This document shows, piece by piece, positions 37,072 to 50,151 of a stretch of DNA of 64,000 nucleotides. The stretch is from assembly GCA_950097015.1 (NCBI GenBank), contig CATNEN010000034.1, forward strand, positions 1,550,001 to 1,614,000. The letters run 5' to 3'. This stretch comes from Macrostomum hystrix (taxonomy: Eukaryota; Animalia; Platyhelminthes). The number at the start of each line of letters is the position of its first letter. Position 1 is the stretch's first letter. The notes below the pieces were generated by a model. It did no database searches and was not told the origin of the DNA. It saw only the letters and a program-made list of their open reading frames with translations. Both the position numbers and the translations under genes were made by a program.

Positions 37072-40000
37072 TACTAACTAACTAACTCACTAACTAACTA
37101 ACTAACTAACTAACTTACTTACTTACTAACTAACTAACTCACTAACTAACTGACTTACTAACTAACTAACTAACTGTCTGACTGTCTGACACAGTAACTA
37201 ACTACGAGAAAGTAACTAACGAATGGGCATATTTAAACTTGTTGATAAGAAAGCAAACAGACAGAGGCAGATTAATAGACTCGGATGATGAGGCTGTTTA
37301 CCTAGCCGATAGGCCATATTTGGTCTAACCAATCCCCTCTGCGAGGCAGAATCCGCTAATCTAAAAATAGAGCACTCTAATCGCCCAATACAATGCGGCG
37401 AGAGATCGATAGAAAAAAGTGAGTGACTCGCACCCACAGGAATCTAATTCCTGTAGTTAAAACTAGCTGAGCCAGGTATTATTCCATGGCCGCCCACGCA
37501 TTGAGCCATCTATGAATAGACACAGGCAATACTTCCTACATGCAATTATACCGTTCATTTGGCGATCGCAGCTACTGGCCTACCTCCCCGACGTGCACTT
37601 TAGCAATTCTCGGACTACTGGGCACGCAATTCACTTTTAGTTCGTTAAACTAACAATCATTAAAAATCTATCTTCTTGGCATCAAAGCTGTTTGAAGTAT
37701 TAAAGAAAGAAAACTACTCAAACTATACTCGAAGCTGGAGAGAAGCTGACAGGAAGAGGCTGACCAGAGTGCTCCACTTTGACGCCCTTATTATCGTCAA
37801 CAGCTTCTCTTTCTGGACGATGTGAGACCCTCAATTTGTTGATTAAAATTGAAGATTAAAAGATGAACAAGACTTCTGCTGAGAAGTTGTGCTTGACAGA
37901 GCCAAGGAAATGATTTTCAAAGAAATCGCTCACTTCTCTTCTAGCCGCTGCTGCAGATCGGATAGGATGCGGACCGCCTCCTGGTGATAGACCACCTCCG
38001 AGGAGACGAACTCGTACAGGGCCGCAATGTGCTCGGCCTGGAAGGATAGCACAAAGGGCTTGAGTGAATCCAAGTGCACTATTCCGAATGCTAGGACCGT
38101 CACTCATTCTTCAAGAAGTCATACCACTTTGAGTTAAATTATTCTACCTTTTAGTTTACTATGCGATTCTAGCTACGCTTCTTGCTGCGATTCTAGCTAC
38201 GGTTCTTGCTGCGATTCTAGCTACGGTTCTTGCTGCGATTCTAGCTACTGTTCTTGCTGCGATTCTAGCTACTGTTCTTGCTGCGATTCTAGCTACTGTT
38301 CTTGCTGCGATTCTAGCTACGGTTCTTGCTGCGATTCCAGCTACTGTTCTTGCTGCGATTCTAGCTACTGTTCGCGCTGCGATTCTAGCCACTGTTCTTG
38401 CTGCGATTCTAGCTACGGTTCTTGCTGCGATTCTAGCTACGGTTCTTGCTGCGATTCTAGCTACTGTTCTTGCTGCGATTCTAGCTACGGTCCTTGCTGC
38501 GATTCTAGCTACTGTTCGCGCTGCGATTCTAGCTACTGTTCTTGCTGCGATTCTAGCTACGGTCCTTGCTGCGATTCTAGCCACTGTTCTTGCTGCGATT
38601 CTAGCTACTGTTCTTGCTGCGATTCTAGCTACGGTCCTTGCTGCGATTCTAGCTACGCTTCCTGCTGCGATTCTAGCTACGCTTCTTGCTGCGATTCTAG
38701 CTACGGTTCTTGCTGCGATTCTAGCTACGGTTCCTGCTACGATTCTAGCTACGTTTTTCTCCTGGGATTTCGTACGAAGGCACCCTAAATATCAGCGGGA
38801 ACATTCGCAATTAATACCTGACTGGGCTGTGAGTAGGGACTACACACAGCACATCATGGGCTAATCCCATTCGGCAAATCCCAGCGAATGATCCCCAGCC
38901 CTGGAAAAGATTAGCCCAGCTCACATCCGAATTGAGAAAGTTGACCATGGCGTTCTCGGCCAGATTTTTGCTCTCAACGAACTTCTCCTCGGCCATGTGC
39001 AGCTCCTCCTCTGGATTCTTCGAGCCGCCAGCTGAGATGAAAATGGGCGAATGGGAGATGAGGGGATCAGGCGCATTGTTGTGCCAGGGAAGCTGTATTT
39101 AAGGAAAATTATAATTTAGTACGCCTTTTATTAGTTGCATGTTGCTTTTTAAGCGAGGTTGGTGCATTGAAATCTGTAATATTGCTCGTATAAGTGAGGG
39201 ATCTATAATTAACTTCCAAAATGGATTTCCCCGTAGGTCTGGTGGCTCAGAGGGATTTCCCGTAGGTCTGGTGGCTCAGAGGGATTTCCCGTAGGTCTGG
39301 TTGCTCAGAGGGATTTCCCGTAGGTCCGGTGGCTCAGAGGGATTTCCCGTAGGTCTGGTCGCTCAGAGGGATTTCCCCGTAGGTCTGGTGGCTCAGAGGG
39401 ATTTCCCGTAGGTCGGGTGGATCTCCGGGATTTCCCGAATGTCTGGTGGCTCAAAAATATTTCCCCGTAGTTCTGGTGGATCAGAGGGATTTCACGTAGG
39501 TCTGGTGGCTCAGAGGGATTTCCCCGTAGATCTAGTGGCTCAGAGGGATTTCCCCGAATGTCTGGTGGATCAGAGGGATTTCCCCGTAGGTCTAGTGGCT
39601 CAGAGGGATTTTGCCGTAGGTCTGATGGCTCAGAGGGATTTCCCAGTAGTTCTGGTGGCTCAAAAATATTTCCCCGTAGTTCTGGTGGATCAGAGGGATT
39701 TCCAGTAGGTCTGGTGGCTCAAAAATATTTTCCCGTAGTTCTGGTGGCTCAGAGGGATTTCACCGTAGGTCTGGTGGATCAGAGGGATTTCCCCATAGGT
39801 CCGGTGGCTCAGAGGGATTTCCCCGAATGTCTGGTGGATCAGAGGGATTTCCCCGTAGGTCTAGTGGCTCAGAGGGATTTTGCCGTAGGTCTGATGGCTC
39901 AGAGGGATTTCCCAGTAGTTCTGGTGGCTCAAAAATATTTCCCCGTAGTTCTGGTGGATCAGAGGGATTTCCAGTAGGTCTGGTGGCTCAAAAATATTTT

Positions 40001-43000
40001 CCCGTAGTTCTGGTGGCTCAGAGGGATTTCACCGTAGGTCTGGTGGATCAGAGGGATTTCCCCGTAGGTCCGGTGGCTCAGAGGGATTTCCCCGTAGGTC
40101 TGGTGGCTCAAAAATATTTCCCCGTAGTTCTGGTGGATCAGAAGGATTTCACCGTAGGTCTGGTGGATCAGAGGGATTTCCCCGTAGGTCTAGTGGCTCA
40201 GAGGGATTTCCCCGTAGGTCTGGTGGATCAGAGGGATTTCCCGTAGGTCTGGTGGCTCAGAGGGATTTCCCCGTAGTTCTGGTGGATCAGAAGGATTTCC
40301 CGAATGTCTGGTGGCTCAAAAATATTTCCCCGTAGTTCTGGTGGCTCAAAAATATTTCCCCGTAGTTCTGGTGGCTCAGAGGGATTTCCCCGTAGTTCTG
40401 GCGGCTCAGAGGGATTTCCCCGTAGGTCTGGTGGCTCAGAGGGATTTCACCGTAGGTCTGGTGGATCAGAGGGATTTCCCGTAGGTCTGGTGGCTCAGAG
40501 GGATTTCCCCGTAGTTCTGGTGGCTCAGAGGGATTTCCCCGTAGGTCTGGTGGATCAGAGGGATTTCCCGTAGGTCTGGTGGCTCAGAGGGATTTCACCG
40601 TAGGTCTGGTGGATCAGAGGGATTTCCCGTAGGTCTGGTGGCTCAGAGGGATTTCCCCGTAGTTCTGGTGGATCAGAAGGATTTCCCGAATGTCTGGTGG
40701 CTCAAAAATATTTCCCCGTAGTTCTGGTGGCTCAAAAATATTTCCCCGTAGTTCTGGTGGCTCAGAGGGATTTCCCCGTAGTTCTGGCGGCTCAGAGGGA
40801 TTTCCCCGTAGGTCTGGTGGCTCAGAGGGATTTCACCGTAGGTCTGGTGGATCAGAGGGATTTCCCGTAGGTCTGGTGGCTCAGAGGGATTTCCCCGTAG
40901 TTCTGGTGGATCAGAAGGATTTCCCGAATGTCTGGTGGCTCAAAAATATTTCCCCGTAGTTCTGGTGGCTCAAAAATATTTCCCCGTAGTTCTGGTGGCT
41001 CAAAAATATTTCCCCGTAGTTCTGGTGGCTCAAAAATATTTCCCCGTAGTTCTGGTGGCTCAAAAATATTTCCCCGTAGTTCTGGTGGCTCAAAAATATT
41101 TCCCCGTAGTTCTGGTGGCTCAAAAATATTTCCCCGTAGGTCTGGTGGCTCAGAGGGATTTCCCGTAGGTCTGGTGGCTCAGAGGGATTTCCCGTAGGTC
41201 TGGTGGCTCAGAGAGAATTCTCTGACGGCATGGTGGGTCAGATGGAATTTCCGATGGTCATGAGGGTTAAAGGGATTTCCCTTCTGGTCTGGTGGCTCAG
41301 AGGGATTTCTCCGATGTTCAAGTAGGTCAGTAGAAATCCCTAGTCTACTGGGTGGTCAGGTGAGTTCTTTTAGGAATTTAGCGCAGCAATGGATCCGTAA
41401 AACAAAATAGCGCTACAACATTACTTCAGCAACTGATGAACACAAAATACTAAAAGGTACAAAATATGAGCTAGTAGGCAACTAGCGACTCACGTTAAGC
41501 AATCAAATGGATTATTAATATGCGAGTGACCGTTGCGCAACTAAAAAAACGAAACCCTAGTTTTCCCAACGGAGGCGAATGAGGGGAGCAGGGAAAGCAG
41601 ACAAAGAGAGATGGGGAGAGGGGAGAGCGCCAATCCTTCAATTTTTTTCCGCGGACAGCAGAAGACAAAGATTGGAAAACAGAAGAAAAGTGGCGCTGAA
41701 CAATAATACGAGTAATAACTGCAGGAGGGCTGCGGGCAAAAGTACATCATTTGGTGACACTAGACCCGCAGCCAGCGAGGAGGCAATTCTGCCCATTTCG
41801 CTGACTCCTGAGCACAGATACTGTACGCAGGCACAAGCTTACACAGGTGTGTACATCTGCCCTGACTTTCTCATCGCCAGGCAGTGTACACTGTTACTGT
41901 GTCTAGGAGGTTGGTCCTCAAGGGCGTAAAATGCACGACAAGTCCCCAAGCCTGCTCTCTGCGGCTGCACCCCAAATGAACGTGGCCTCGTCGCGGAATC
42001 GAGCTCAGGGACCTTGTTGCGAGAGGCAAACGCCTAAAACTCTCTGCCATTCACCCCCCAAAGTAGCGCTTTGAATTCACTGGCTTGGGGAATCGAAACA
42101 CTAACCTCGGTGTCGCTTGTTTAAAGGAAGGCACTCTGCAACGCACAAGGCACAATTCAACTTTAAGTTCAGTGAGCTGTAAAATTGGTGGGGCGTGACG
42201 CCCCCGTCCAGTCCATGGACTGAGCAGGTGTACGCGGCGCAATCTTCTTCAGTGGCATGGGTTCTGATGGGAAGAAAGTGTTTCACCCGGGCGAATCTTA
42301 AACTACATTGTATCTGACAGGATGGATTTATACAGGGAGATAGTTGTGAGTAAGGCCGAGTGATCAATTTGCTAGATTTGAGCACAACACGATGGAGAGT
42401 CCGCTTCAGTGTGCGTGGCCTGAACCTAACGCGCGCGCCGCCTTTACCCACCTAAACGAAAATAAAAGTACATCTACCAGCCAGCCATCAGCTTTAAAGC
42501 CGCTCTCGCATTAACGGAGGCCGGGTTGGTGAGGACGCAAATCGGATTGTGAAAAAATCGGTGCTGGGTTGGGTAGGATTAGGATGTTAGGGAGAGTAAA
42601 GATTATGAAGCTGTGAGACGGCAGAGTCAGTTGTGATCTTGTGAGGAGGATATTGTGAGGCGGTGCAAGACTTTGCAGGACTGCGACATCGGATGAAAAA
42701 CAGTTAGACACTGATCATATATAGTGAGATGGGGGAAATAGAGAGGAAATGAGAGGGCGAAAGAGTTAGAGAGAGGGAACGAGGGCAAAGGGGAGAGAAA
42801 CGGGAGGGTCCGACAATGAGACACTGCAAGCACGGCTACATTACGCCTGACCGCACAATCGCCAATGTCACAGCATCTGCCGGGCAGTTTTCTAGTACAA
42901 CAATATCTATTATTAGCTGCCTGGGGATAAGGAATACTAGGGAGAAAAGGGGAGAAAATAGATTGAGAAGAAAGTTAAGCAAACGAAGGAGAGGCAGCAA

Positions 43001-46000
43001 AGAGGAGAGGCCGATGATGGAGAGGCGGTCAGTGGGAGTCGAGATATTTCCAGATTGGAAACGGAGACACAGCTCGGGACATTGGGCCGAGGCAACATTT
43101 CAAGGAGGCCTGCTAGAAGAGAAAGGATGAGGAGCAGAAAGAGATTGCATGGCAATGCCAAAGCAAACTGCTTCTAGAAGAAAGCTTAGCTGAAGGTCGC
43201 GCATAAATTTAGGAAGCCCCGCCAGCAGCTGGGAAGGGGATCTAAATCTTGCAATCTCAGCTTGGCCAATCTTCATATCTGTCTTTGGCTCTACAGTTTT
43301 CGCGGCATCCATTGAATTTCTCTCTCTCTCTATTTCTGTTCCGGACCAGACAGGAGAGTGGGTAGCGCCAACTGGCCAAGTGAGAGGAGAAGGGGAGAGA
43401 CAGCCGACAAGAAGCAAAGTACGGCCCAGCAGCGGGGGAGATTAAGGACTGGAGGCTGCGGCTGAGGATGGGAGCAGGGCGAGGTGGAAGTAAGAGAGCA
43501 GTGAGCTTGAGCAGTCCGGGGGGCAGGAGCTGAGGCAGGGGGCGGTGTCCGACCTCTACCATGCCTCCTCTCCTCTCGCTGCTGTCTCTGCCCAAGCTTT
43601 ATTGATTGGTAAGAGATGGAGGCTAGATAGAATAACTGGCTGCAGCTCTTTCAGTCGCCCAGGCAGCAGCTAGTACAGGCCGCGAGTACGGAGCTGAGGG
43701 ACCTCGGATGGGGGGCGGGCAAAGGTCTGAGAATGGCCCACAAGAAATGGCCCGGGGGGCGCTGGATGGCTGGCTGGTGTGGGCTGGAGAAGGACAGACA
43801 TAGGAGAGTGCAGGGGGAGATGGGCCCTGAACTGATGGACAAGTCCCCGAGAAGTGGGTTTTGAGCACGACTTAGGTCAGCAGCAGCAGCAGCAGCAGCA
43901 GCTATATTTTCTTAGTTAGGCAATACAGGTGCCAGACAAGAACTTGGGATGAAAAAGCAGAAACAGCTCCCACCGAAAATCAATAAAGAATTAAATTTTC
44001 CACATCCTCATTTTAAAACACAGTCACTAAGAGTTTAAACAAAAACATTAAAAATGCCGCTAACATGTAAAAGTACAACATATTGATGGGCGGAGTGCGC
44101 GCAGCTGCGGCATAGCAACTAGTTTTTATTATGAGTTCACTTACCCCCGCCTGGAAAAAAGGAAAGAAAATGAAAGCGGCATCAAGAAACAGACTCGGTG
44201 CAGTTAACAATTTCATCCACTGATATGCTGTCAAATTAGCAGATAGGCTCGAGTTATTATAAAACATGTTCAAAAACTCTAGCCAGTTCTTTAGATCACT
44301 CATGCCCAACGACGTGAGTTCGAATCTGGTACAATCGATGTGAAAGTGAGTGTGTACTCTGATTGACCATGATAAAATCAGTGCAGATGGAGGAAAAAAG
44401 CTCTGAGCGTTACTGAAATTTGTGGGATTTCAATGAGTCGGGATTTCAATGGGTCAGGATTTCGGTGAGCATGGATCCCTATGGAAAAGGATTTTTACCC
44501 GTGAAACGCCACTCCGTGCCGGGGATTTCATTGGCATTTCTACGACAAGAAAGTCAGCTGGCAGCTCACCTTTGCGCTTCTTGCAGTCGAAGTCAAGCCG
44601 GCGACCCTCCAGCTTCTTGCGATGATGCTGAGTTAGAAAGGTGAGTTTTTGGGAGGTGAATGATGCTGTGAGTAACCTTATTTGGCTCCGCCAAAGAAAA
44701 GGGGCTTATGAAACCGTAAAAAGCCTATTGCATAATCTTGATCATTCGTTTTTAGCCCAACTAAGCAACAATAATCCACACGAAAAATACTATTGATCCC
44801 CCTGCTCTGTGCTCACATTGATCTCTTTGATTTCACGATGCTGCAGACTGGTGAATGGGTCCAGAAAGTTCTGCTTCACGTTGTCCTCCAGGCTGTATTT
44901 GATCTCGGCCATCTGCTTGTAGGCCTCACCGCCCTCTACCAGAGCGTTGCCTGCGGGCGAACGGGAAATTAAAATATATTAAATCCGACAAAAGTATAAT
45001 GGAAATTAAGGTCGAGAGCCCTGCTGAAGGAAGAGTGGGGTAGAGAGGCCAGCTGAAGGATCTGGGAGAGTGGGGTAGAGACGCCAGCTGAAGGATCTGG
45101 GAGAGTGGGGTAGAGAGGCCAGCTGAAGGATCTGGGAGAGTGGGGTAGAGAAGCCAGCTGAAGGATCTGGGAGAGTGGGGTAGAGAGGCCAGCTGGAGGA
45201 TCTGGGAGAGTGGAGTAGAGAGGCCAGCTGAAGGATCTGGGAGAGTGGGGTAGAGAAGCCAGCTGAAGGATCTGGGAGAGTGGGGTAGAGAGGCCAGCTG
45301 AAGGATCTGGGAGAGTGGGGTAGAGAAGCCAGCTGAAGGATCTGGGAGAGTGGGGTAGAGAGGCCAGCTGGAGGATCTGGGAGAGTGGGGTAGAGAGGCC
45401 AGCTGAAGGATCTGGGAGAGTGGGGTAGAGAGGCCAGCTGGAGGATCTGGGAGAGTGGGGTAGAGAGGCCAGCTGGAGGATCTGGGAGAGTGGGGTAGAG
45501 AGGCCAGCTGAAGGATCTGGGAGAGTGGGGTAGAGAGGCCAGCTGAAGGATCTGGGAGAGTGGGGTAGAGAGGCCAGCTGAAGGATCTGGGAGAGTGGGG
45601 TAGAGAGGCCAGCTGGAGGATCTGGGAGAGTGGGGTAGAGAGGCCAGCTGAAGGATCTGGGAGAGTGGGGTAGAGAGGCCAGCTGGAGGATCTGGGAGAG
45701 TGGGGGTAGAGAGGCCAGCTGGAGGATCTGGGAGAGTGGGGTAGAGAGGCCAGCTGGAGGATCTGGGAGAGTGGGGTAGAGAGGCCAGCTGAAGGATCTG
45801 GGAGAGTGGGGTAGAGAGGCCAGCTGAAGGATCTGGGAGAGTGGGGTAGAGAGGCCAGCTGAAGGATCTGGGAGAGTGGGGTAGAGAGGCCAGCTGAAGG
45901 ATCTGGGAGAGTGGGGTAGAGAGGCCAGCTGAAGGATCTGGGAGAGTGGGGTAGAGAGGCCAGCTGAAGGATCTGGGAGAGTGGGGTAGAGAGGCCAGCT

Positions 46001-48773
46001 GAAGGATCTGGGAGAGTGGGGTAGAGAGGCCAGCTGAAGGATCTGGGAGAGTGGGGTAGAGAGGCCAGCTGGAGGATCTGGGAGAGTGGGGTAGAGAGGC
46101 CAGCTGAAGGATCTGGGAGAGTGGGGTAGAGAAGCCAGCTGAAGGATCTGGGAGAGTGGGGTAGAGAGGCCAGCTGAAGGATCTGGGAGAGTGGGGTAGA
46201 GACGCCAGCTGAAGGATCTGGGAGAGTGGGGTAGAGAAGCCAGCTGAAGGATCTGGGAGAGTGGGGTAGAGAGGCCAGCTGAAGGATCTGGGAGAGTGGG
46301 GTAGAGAGGCCAGCTGAAGGATCTGGGAGAGTGGGGTAGAGAGGCCAGCTGAAGGATCTGGGAGAGTGGGGTAGAGAGGCCAGCTGAAGGATCTGGGAGA
46401 GTGGGGTAGAGAGGCCAGCTGAAGGATCTGGGAGAGTGGGGTAGAGAAGCCAGCTGAAGGATCTGGGAGAGTGGGGTAGAGAGGCCAGCTGAAGGATCTG
46501 GGAGAGTGGGGTAGAGAGGCCAGCTGAAGGATCTGGGAGAGTGGGGTAGAGAAGCCAGCTGAAGGATCTGGGAGAGTGGGGTAGAGAGGCCAGCTGAAGG
46601 ATCTGGGAGAGTGGGGTAGAGAGGCCAGCTGAAGGATCTGGGAGAGTGGGGTAGAGAAGCCAGCTGAAGGATCTGGGAGAGTGGGGTAGAGAGGCCAGCT
46701 GAAGGATCTGGGAGAGTGGGGTAGAGAGGCCAGCTGAAGGATCTGGGAGAGTGGGGTAGAGAGGCCAGCTGAAGGATCTGGGAGAGTGGGGTAGAGAGGC
46801 CAGCTGAAGGATCTGGCACAGGTGGAAAAAGGAGCTCACCAAGCACAGAGTCGCTGCCAAGGTCCTTGCCATGTTTGACCATGGCCTCGCCAAGAATACC
46901 TTCAGGCTGCGGATAGACCATGCTCTTGTTCTTATTCTGCAGATTGTTGAGTCCCTTCACAGCTGTCATTCTAGCTCGGGCCACTGTTAAAGGAAAGGAT
47001 TTTTTGTAGCCAATGTGGTGGCAATATATCAAGCAATAATATGATTGTAGAAGAAATACTCACTAGGATTTGGCTGCAAATATTCCTGCGTTCTAGCGAT
47101 CAGATCCTCGACCATCTTGCCGGCTACGTCAATTTTCTGAAATTCGTGTCAAAGTAAAATTACCATAGAATAGCGATGAATTTTGCAACAAAGCAATTTT
47201 TCTTACCCGTTCCATTTCCAGGAAATCGGCATCCAACTCCGTGCCACGCGCGCCAGCGATTTTCTCATTGAAAAGCTGTTTCGGATTTTCCGGTGTCAAT
47301 TATATATATATGCATATGCATTTTATGTAAAAAGTAAAACAGGATTTCCAAAAGCCAATGAACAACTTAAATGAAAAGAAAAGAAAAAATATTCGTCACG
47401 TTTTTTTCTATGAGTGGTTTGTACACAGATGTACAAACAAAAGAATTTTTTTTTCTAAACTTTATATGTACTCTACATGAAAAATATTCCTCTGATTAAA
47501 GGTTTTTGATGCACTAGGTTTATAACAATTTATGATAACTATGGTAACTGTTTAATTAGCTCATTTTATGAACTCTAAGAAGATCTTAGCTAAGTACATC
47601 AGCACCTTCTTTGTAAATGTACTGCTGGTGGTGCTCTTGTACCATATATAAAGACTGTGTAATATCATGCACTATGAAGCCTGCACACAAACAAAAATGT
47701 ATACCCCAGAAACTATTGGTGCCCATTTTACAATTTGTTTAACTGAATTAATGGGTAATGGGAAATGAAGCATTCAGCATGCAAGTTGTTTTCCTTGGGG
47801 GCTAAAACATGAACTCTGGACATCTGGACCTATAACATGAAAGTCTGAGACTCTAGCTACCGACCTAGAGCCCCATTAAATGAAAAAAGGAAGAGAGTCA
47901 TTTGTTACTAGAACTCCTAGCACTAATAGTTCGACTAATTTCTAAGTGACTGAGCAATCACTTTAGTTAATAATTTGCAACTGATAAAAATTGTTGCTGC
48001 CAAGAATAGTTTGAAATTACTTAAATCAAGTTCAATTGGATAGATTAACTGACCAAAGCTTCAAATTTTAGTACCCTTAAGGTATTATATATCATTTATA
48101 TAATATATACATAATAAATAGTGTGTGCATATATGCCTATTGCCAATAGGTATGTATATATGAAATAATTGATGCAGGTTTTAAAACCTAAAAAAAACAA
48201 TTAAAATAAAAACTAACCAATGCACCCTCTAAACACAAAATGATGCGTAAACATATAACAAAGTTTTAGTCATTAAGCCATTTTAATTCAATGATTCCAC
48301 TGTCTAGCTATAATCTCTCTAATCTGTAATCTATAATAATCTGGTTATAATGCACTGCAATATCAAATATAATTTGAATATGCAATAATGCACTGAGCTA
48401 GCTGTCAATAGCTTCCAATAAACAGAAGCACAGACATTATTGGAAAGGGTTAATAAAAAGTCTTAGTCTTAGGTTATGAATTACTAACTCTAATGTCAAT
48501 AGAGATGTCATTAGAGTCATTAAAAAACAGCTTGATGACCACCAAAATATTATTATTAATATGGCTGCAGTCTGAAAAAGGCTTATAGTGGTTTATTTTT
48601 AGTATCTACTTGTTGTAGCTTTATTTCAAATGAGTTTATTTGTACTCACAACGAAACAGAAAGCAGAAAAAATACAAAAACCTAAATTATAAAATAACGT
48701 CAGATAATTGCTACTAAAATATGCTTACCTGGTTGGCTTTATTGAGTTGCTTTTTAAAACCGGCCAGAGACAT
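33341..48773 (-). CDS. SH3GL: Endophilin-A (N-BAR + SH3), 383 aa (400 aa with optional exon)
   Basis: Phase-consistent exons: 48729-48773 ([15 protein letters not shown]), 47207-47275, 47064-47136 (EYLQPNP), 46840-46983 ([12 protein letters not shown]), 44817-44950 (VKQNFLDP), 44570-44627 ([11 protein letters not shown]), 38925-39031, 37934-38037, 35668-35861, optional 34900-34950, and 33341-33564 (SH3: [29 protein letters not shown]). Confidence 0.96.
33568..34200. repeat. Compound 6/7-bp satellite (GATGGA / GATGGCA / TATGGCA)
   Basis: Abuts the acceptor of the SH3 exon. Confidence 0.95.
35205..35580. repeat. Degenerate minisatellite, about 23 bp unit (ACAGGTGAGACAGGCGAATAATT)
   Basis: Direct tandem repeat with diverged units. 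Confidence 0.85.
35920..36390. repeat. Minisatellite, 14 bp unit (TTCTACTCTCTCCA)
   Basis: Direct tandem repeat. Confidence 0.95.
36820..37180. repeat. Microsatellites (CAAA)n followed by (CTAA/CTTA)n
   Basis: About 30 CAAA units, then about 55 CTAA-type units. Confidence 0.96.
38155..38755. repeat. Minisatellite, 24 bp unit (TTCTTGCTGCGATTCTAGCTACGG)
   Basis: Direct tandem repeat; explains the [11 protein letters not shown]. Confidence 0.95.
39225..41320. repeat. Minisatellite, 29-30 bp unit (GGTCTGGTGGCTCAGAGGGATTTCCCCGTA)
   Basis: About 70 units with block duplications of variant strings (e.g. 39558-39826 repeated from 39827). Confidence 0.96.
41748..42056 (-). mobile_element. tRNA-headed SINE-like element, family A (copy 2)
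   Basis: Its reverse complement aligns over about 300 bp with 52329-52651; B-box-like GCTCGATTCC. Confidence 0.85.
42180..42260 (+). mobile_element. SINE-like family B fragment
   Basis: GGCGTGACGCCCCCGTCCAGTCCATGGACTGAGCAGGTGTACG matches the reverse complement of about 60340-60385. Confidence 0.65.
42270..43860 (-). mobile_element. Highly degenerate non-LTR retrotransposon remnant (tentative)
   Basis: GC-rich non-exonic block with scattered fragments reminiscent of APE/RT motifs (LLVGC.SP, QSDLRPH, IDHSALL); no continuous ORF. Confidence 0.3.
45015..46816. repeat. Minisatellite, 35 bp unit (GAGAGTGGGGTAGAGAGGCCAGCTGAAGGATCTGG)
   Basis: About 51 copies filling endophilin intron 44951-46839; explains the 655-aa and 687-aa ORFs. 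Confidence 0.97.
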
Positions 48774-50151
48774 TGATAACAAGTAATTTTATATTTGAGC
48801 TAACAATAACTCTAAAATCAGACTAGCAATATAACCATTCAGTGACGGAAACAAACAACATACACCAATGACTGCTTTTGAGCGATATTAAAAACGGTGC
48901 TTTTACCACTGTTAAAAAATTACCGTCTCAAACTTGTCCATTTCTTATTTGCTTAGAAAAACAAAGTAATATAAGTATCTTCTTGTCATAATAAATAAGT
49001 ACGAACGCAAAGACTTGTAAACCAAGATATAAACTAAAATCTAAAATTATTTTTCCCGATTATATGATTAAAAGATCTATTATAGCAGCTAACGTAGCTT
49101 CATCTTGCTATGCTGGAAGTGCAGAGTTTTTGTACAGTAAGATATAAATGAGCAGTCTGAGAAAATCTCTATATGTTATATATCAAATATTTATTTCAAC
49201 ATACCTGTCGTAAATATTGATCGTAGAGACATTTTTTGCGTACGATTCTGTACGATTGTGTGTCAATCTCATCCAGCATGATCATCATTTATACTCATGA
49301 CACCCATGCACTTTTACAAGATTCAGCCTCTTACATGATGATTTAATGGTGCCTTACTTAGTTCGTACACACTCCATTTTTTAAACTAACATGCGAGTTT
49401 TAATTGTTTTTCTACACACTAGAAGTTCTTTTAACGTTTCTAGCGCATTCTTAATTAAACTTGGTTTTCTTTTAAATGCTCAACATCTCGAATGTATGCG
49501 AACCTGCAGTTAAAAATACATGCATTAAAGTAAGTGAGAATTTGTAGTTTAAAAGTTGCCTAGTCTAGTCAAACGCCAATTATAATGTAAACCTTCGATC
49601 GGTATAGTAGAAAAATGTTTTTGCTGTAGTACGCTCGTATATATCACGCAAGCACAGAGACTCATGCTCCGTTTGACTTTCGGATTCTGTATTTTTACTA
49701 ATGGTTGATGGTAATATAAATAAATCTCAGATTTTTTCCTTTTCTATATTTATTTTTAAGTGCATTGATTGTTCTTCTCTCCCACAAAAATGTTTTTTGG
49801 ACTTAGAGGAATTTTCCTACAATGTGCTAAAATCAGATATTTTAGCACATTTCTTAAAACTTTCACTCTTAAAACTTATTCAAAAAGTCATCCAGTCGAT
49901 GGCAAGTAGTGAATTTTTAAATTTTGCAAAGCAAATGTAAAAATCGCAAGTGACACACTAGTTTTATTCCAATATAATCTGAGATCAAACGAGAACGCCT
50001 TAAATTCTCACTAAAAGGTCATCGTTTAAAGAGTATAAAGTGCGTCTATTCTCAAATTTGTAGTAAGCTAAGAGGATAAACAGATTTATTATGTCTGGTT
50101 TTCTTGTTCTCGTAAGACGCGTCGATCAAAGAAGCCTGTATGAATTCCGAA

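Noticed and set aside
37700-37830. Possible extra endophilin exon ([12 protein letters not shown]..)
   Set aside because: It needs a weak GAG acceptor, and exon 37934 already joins 35861 in phase with a better homolog-like sequence ([12 protein letters not shown]).
44926-47032. 655-aa and 687-aa ORFs
   Set aside because: Read-through of endophilin exon 46840-46983 into a stop-free satellite; a canonical donor at 46839 explains the real gene.
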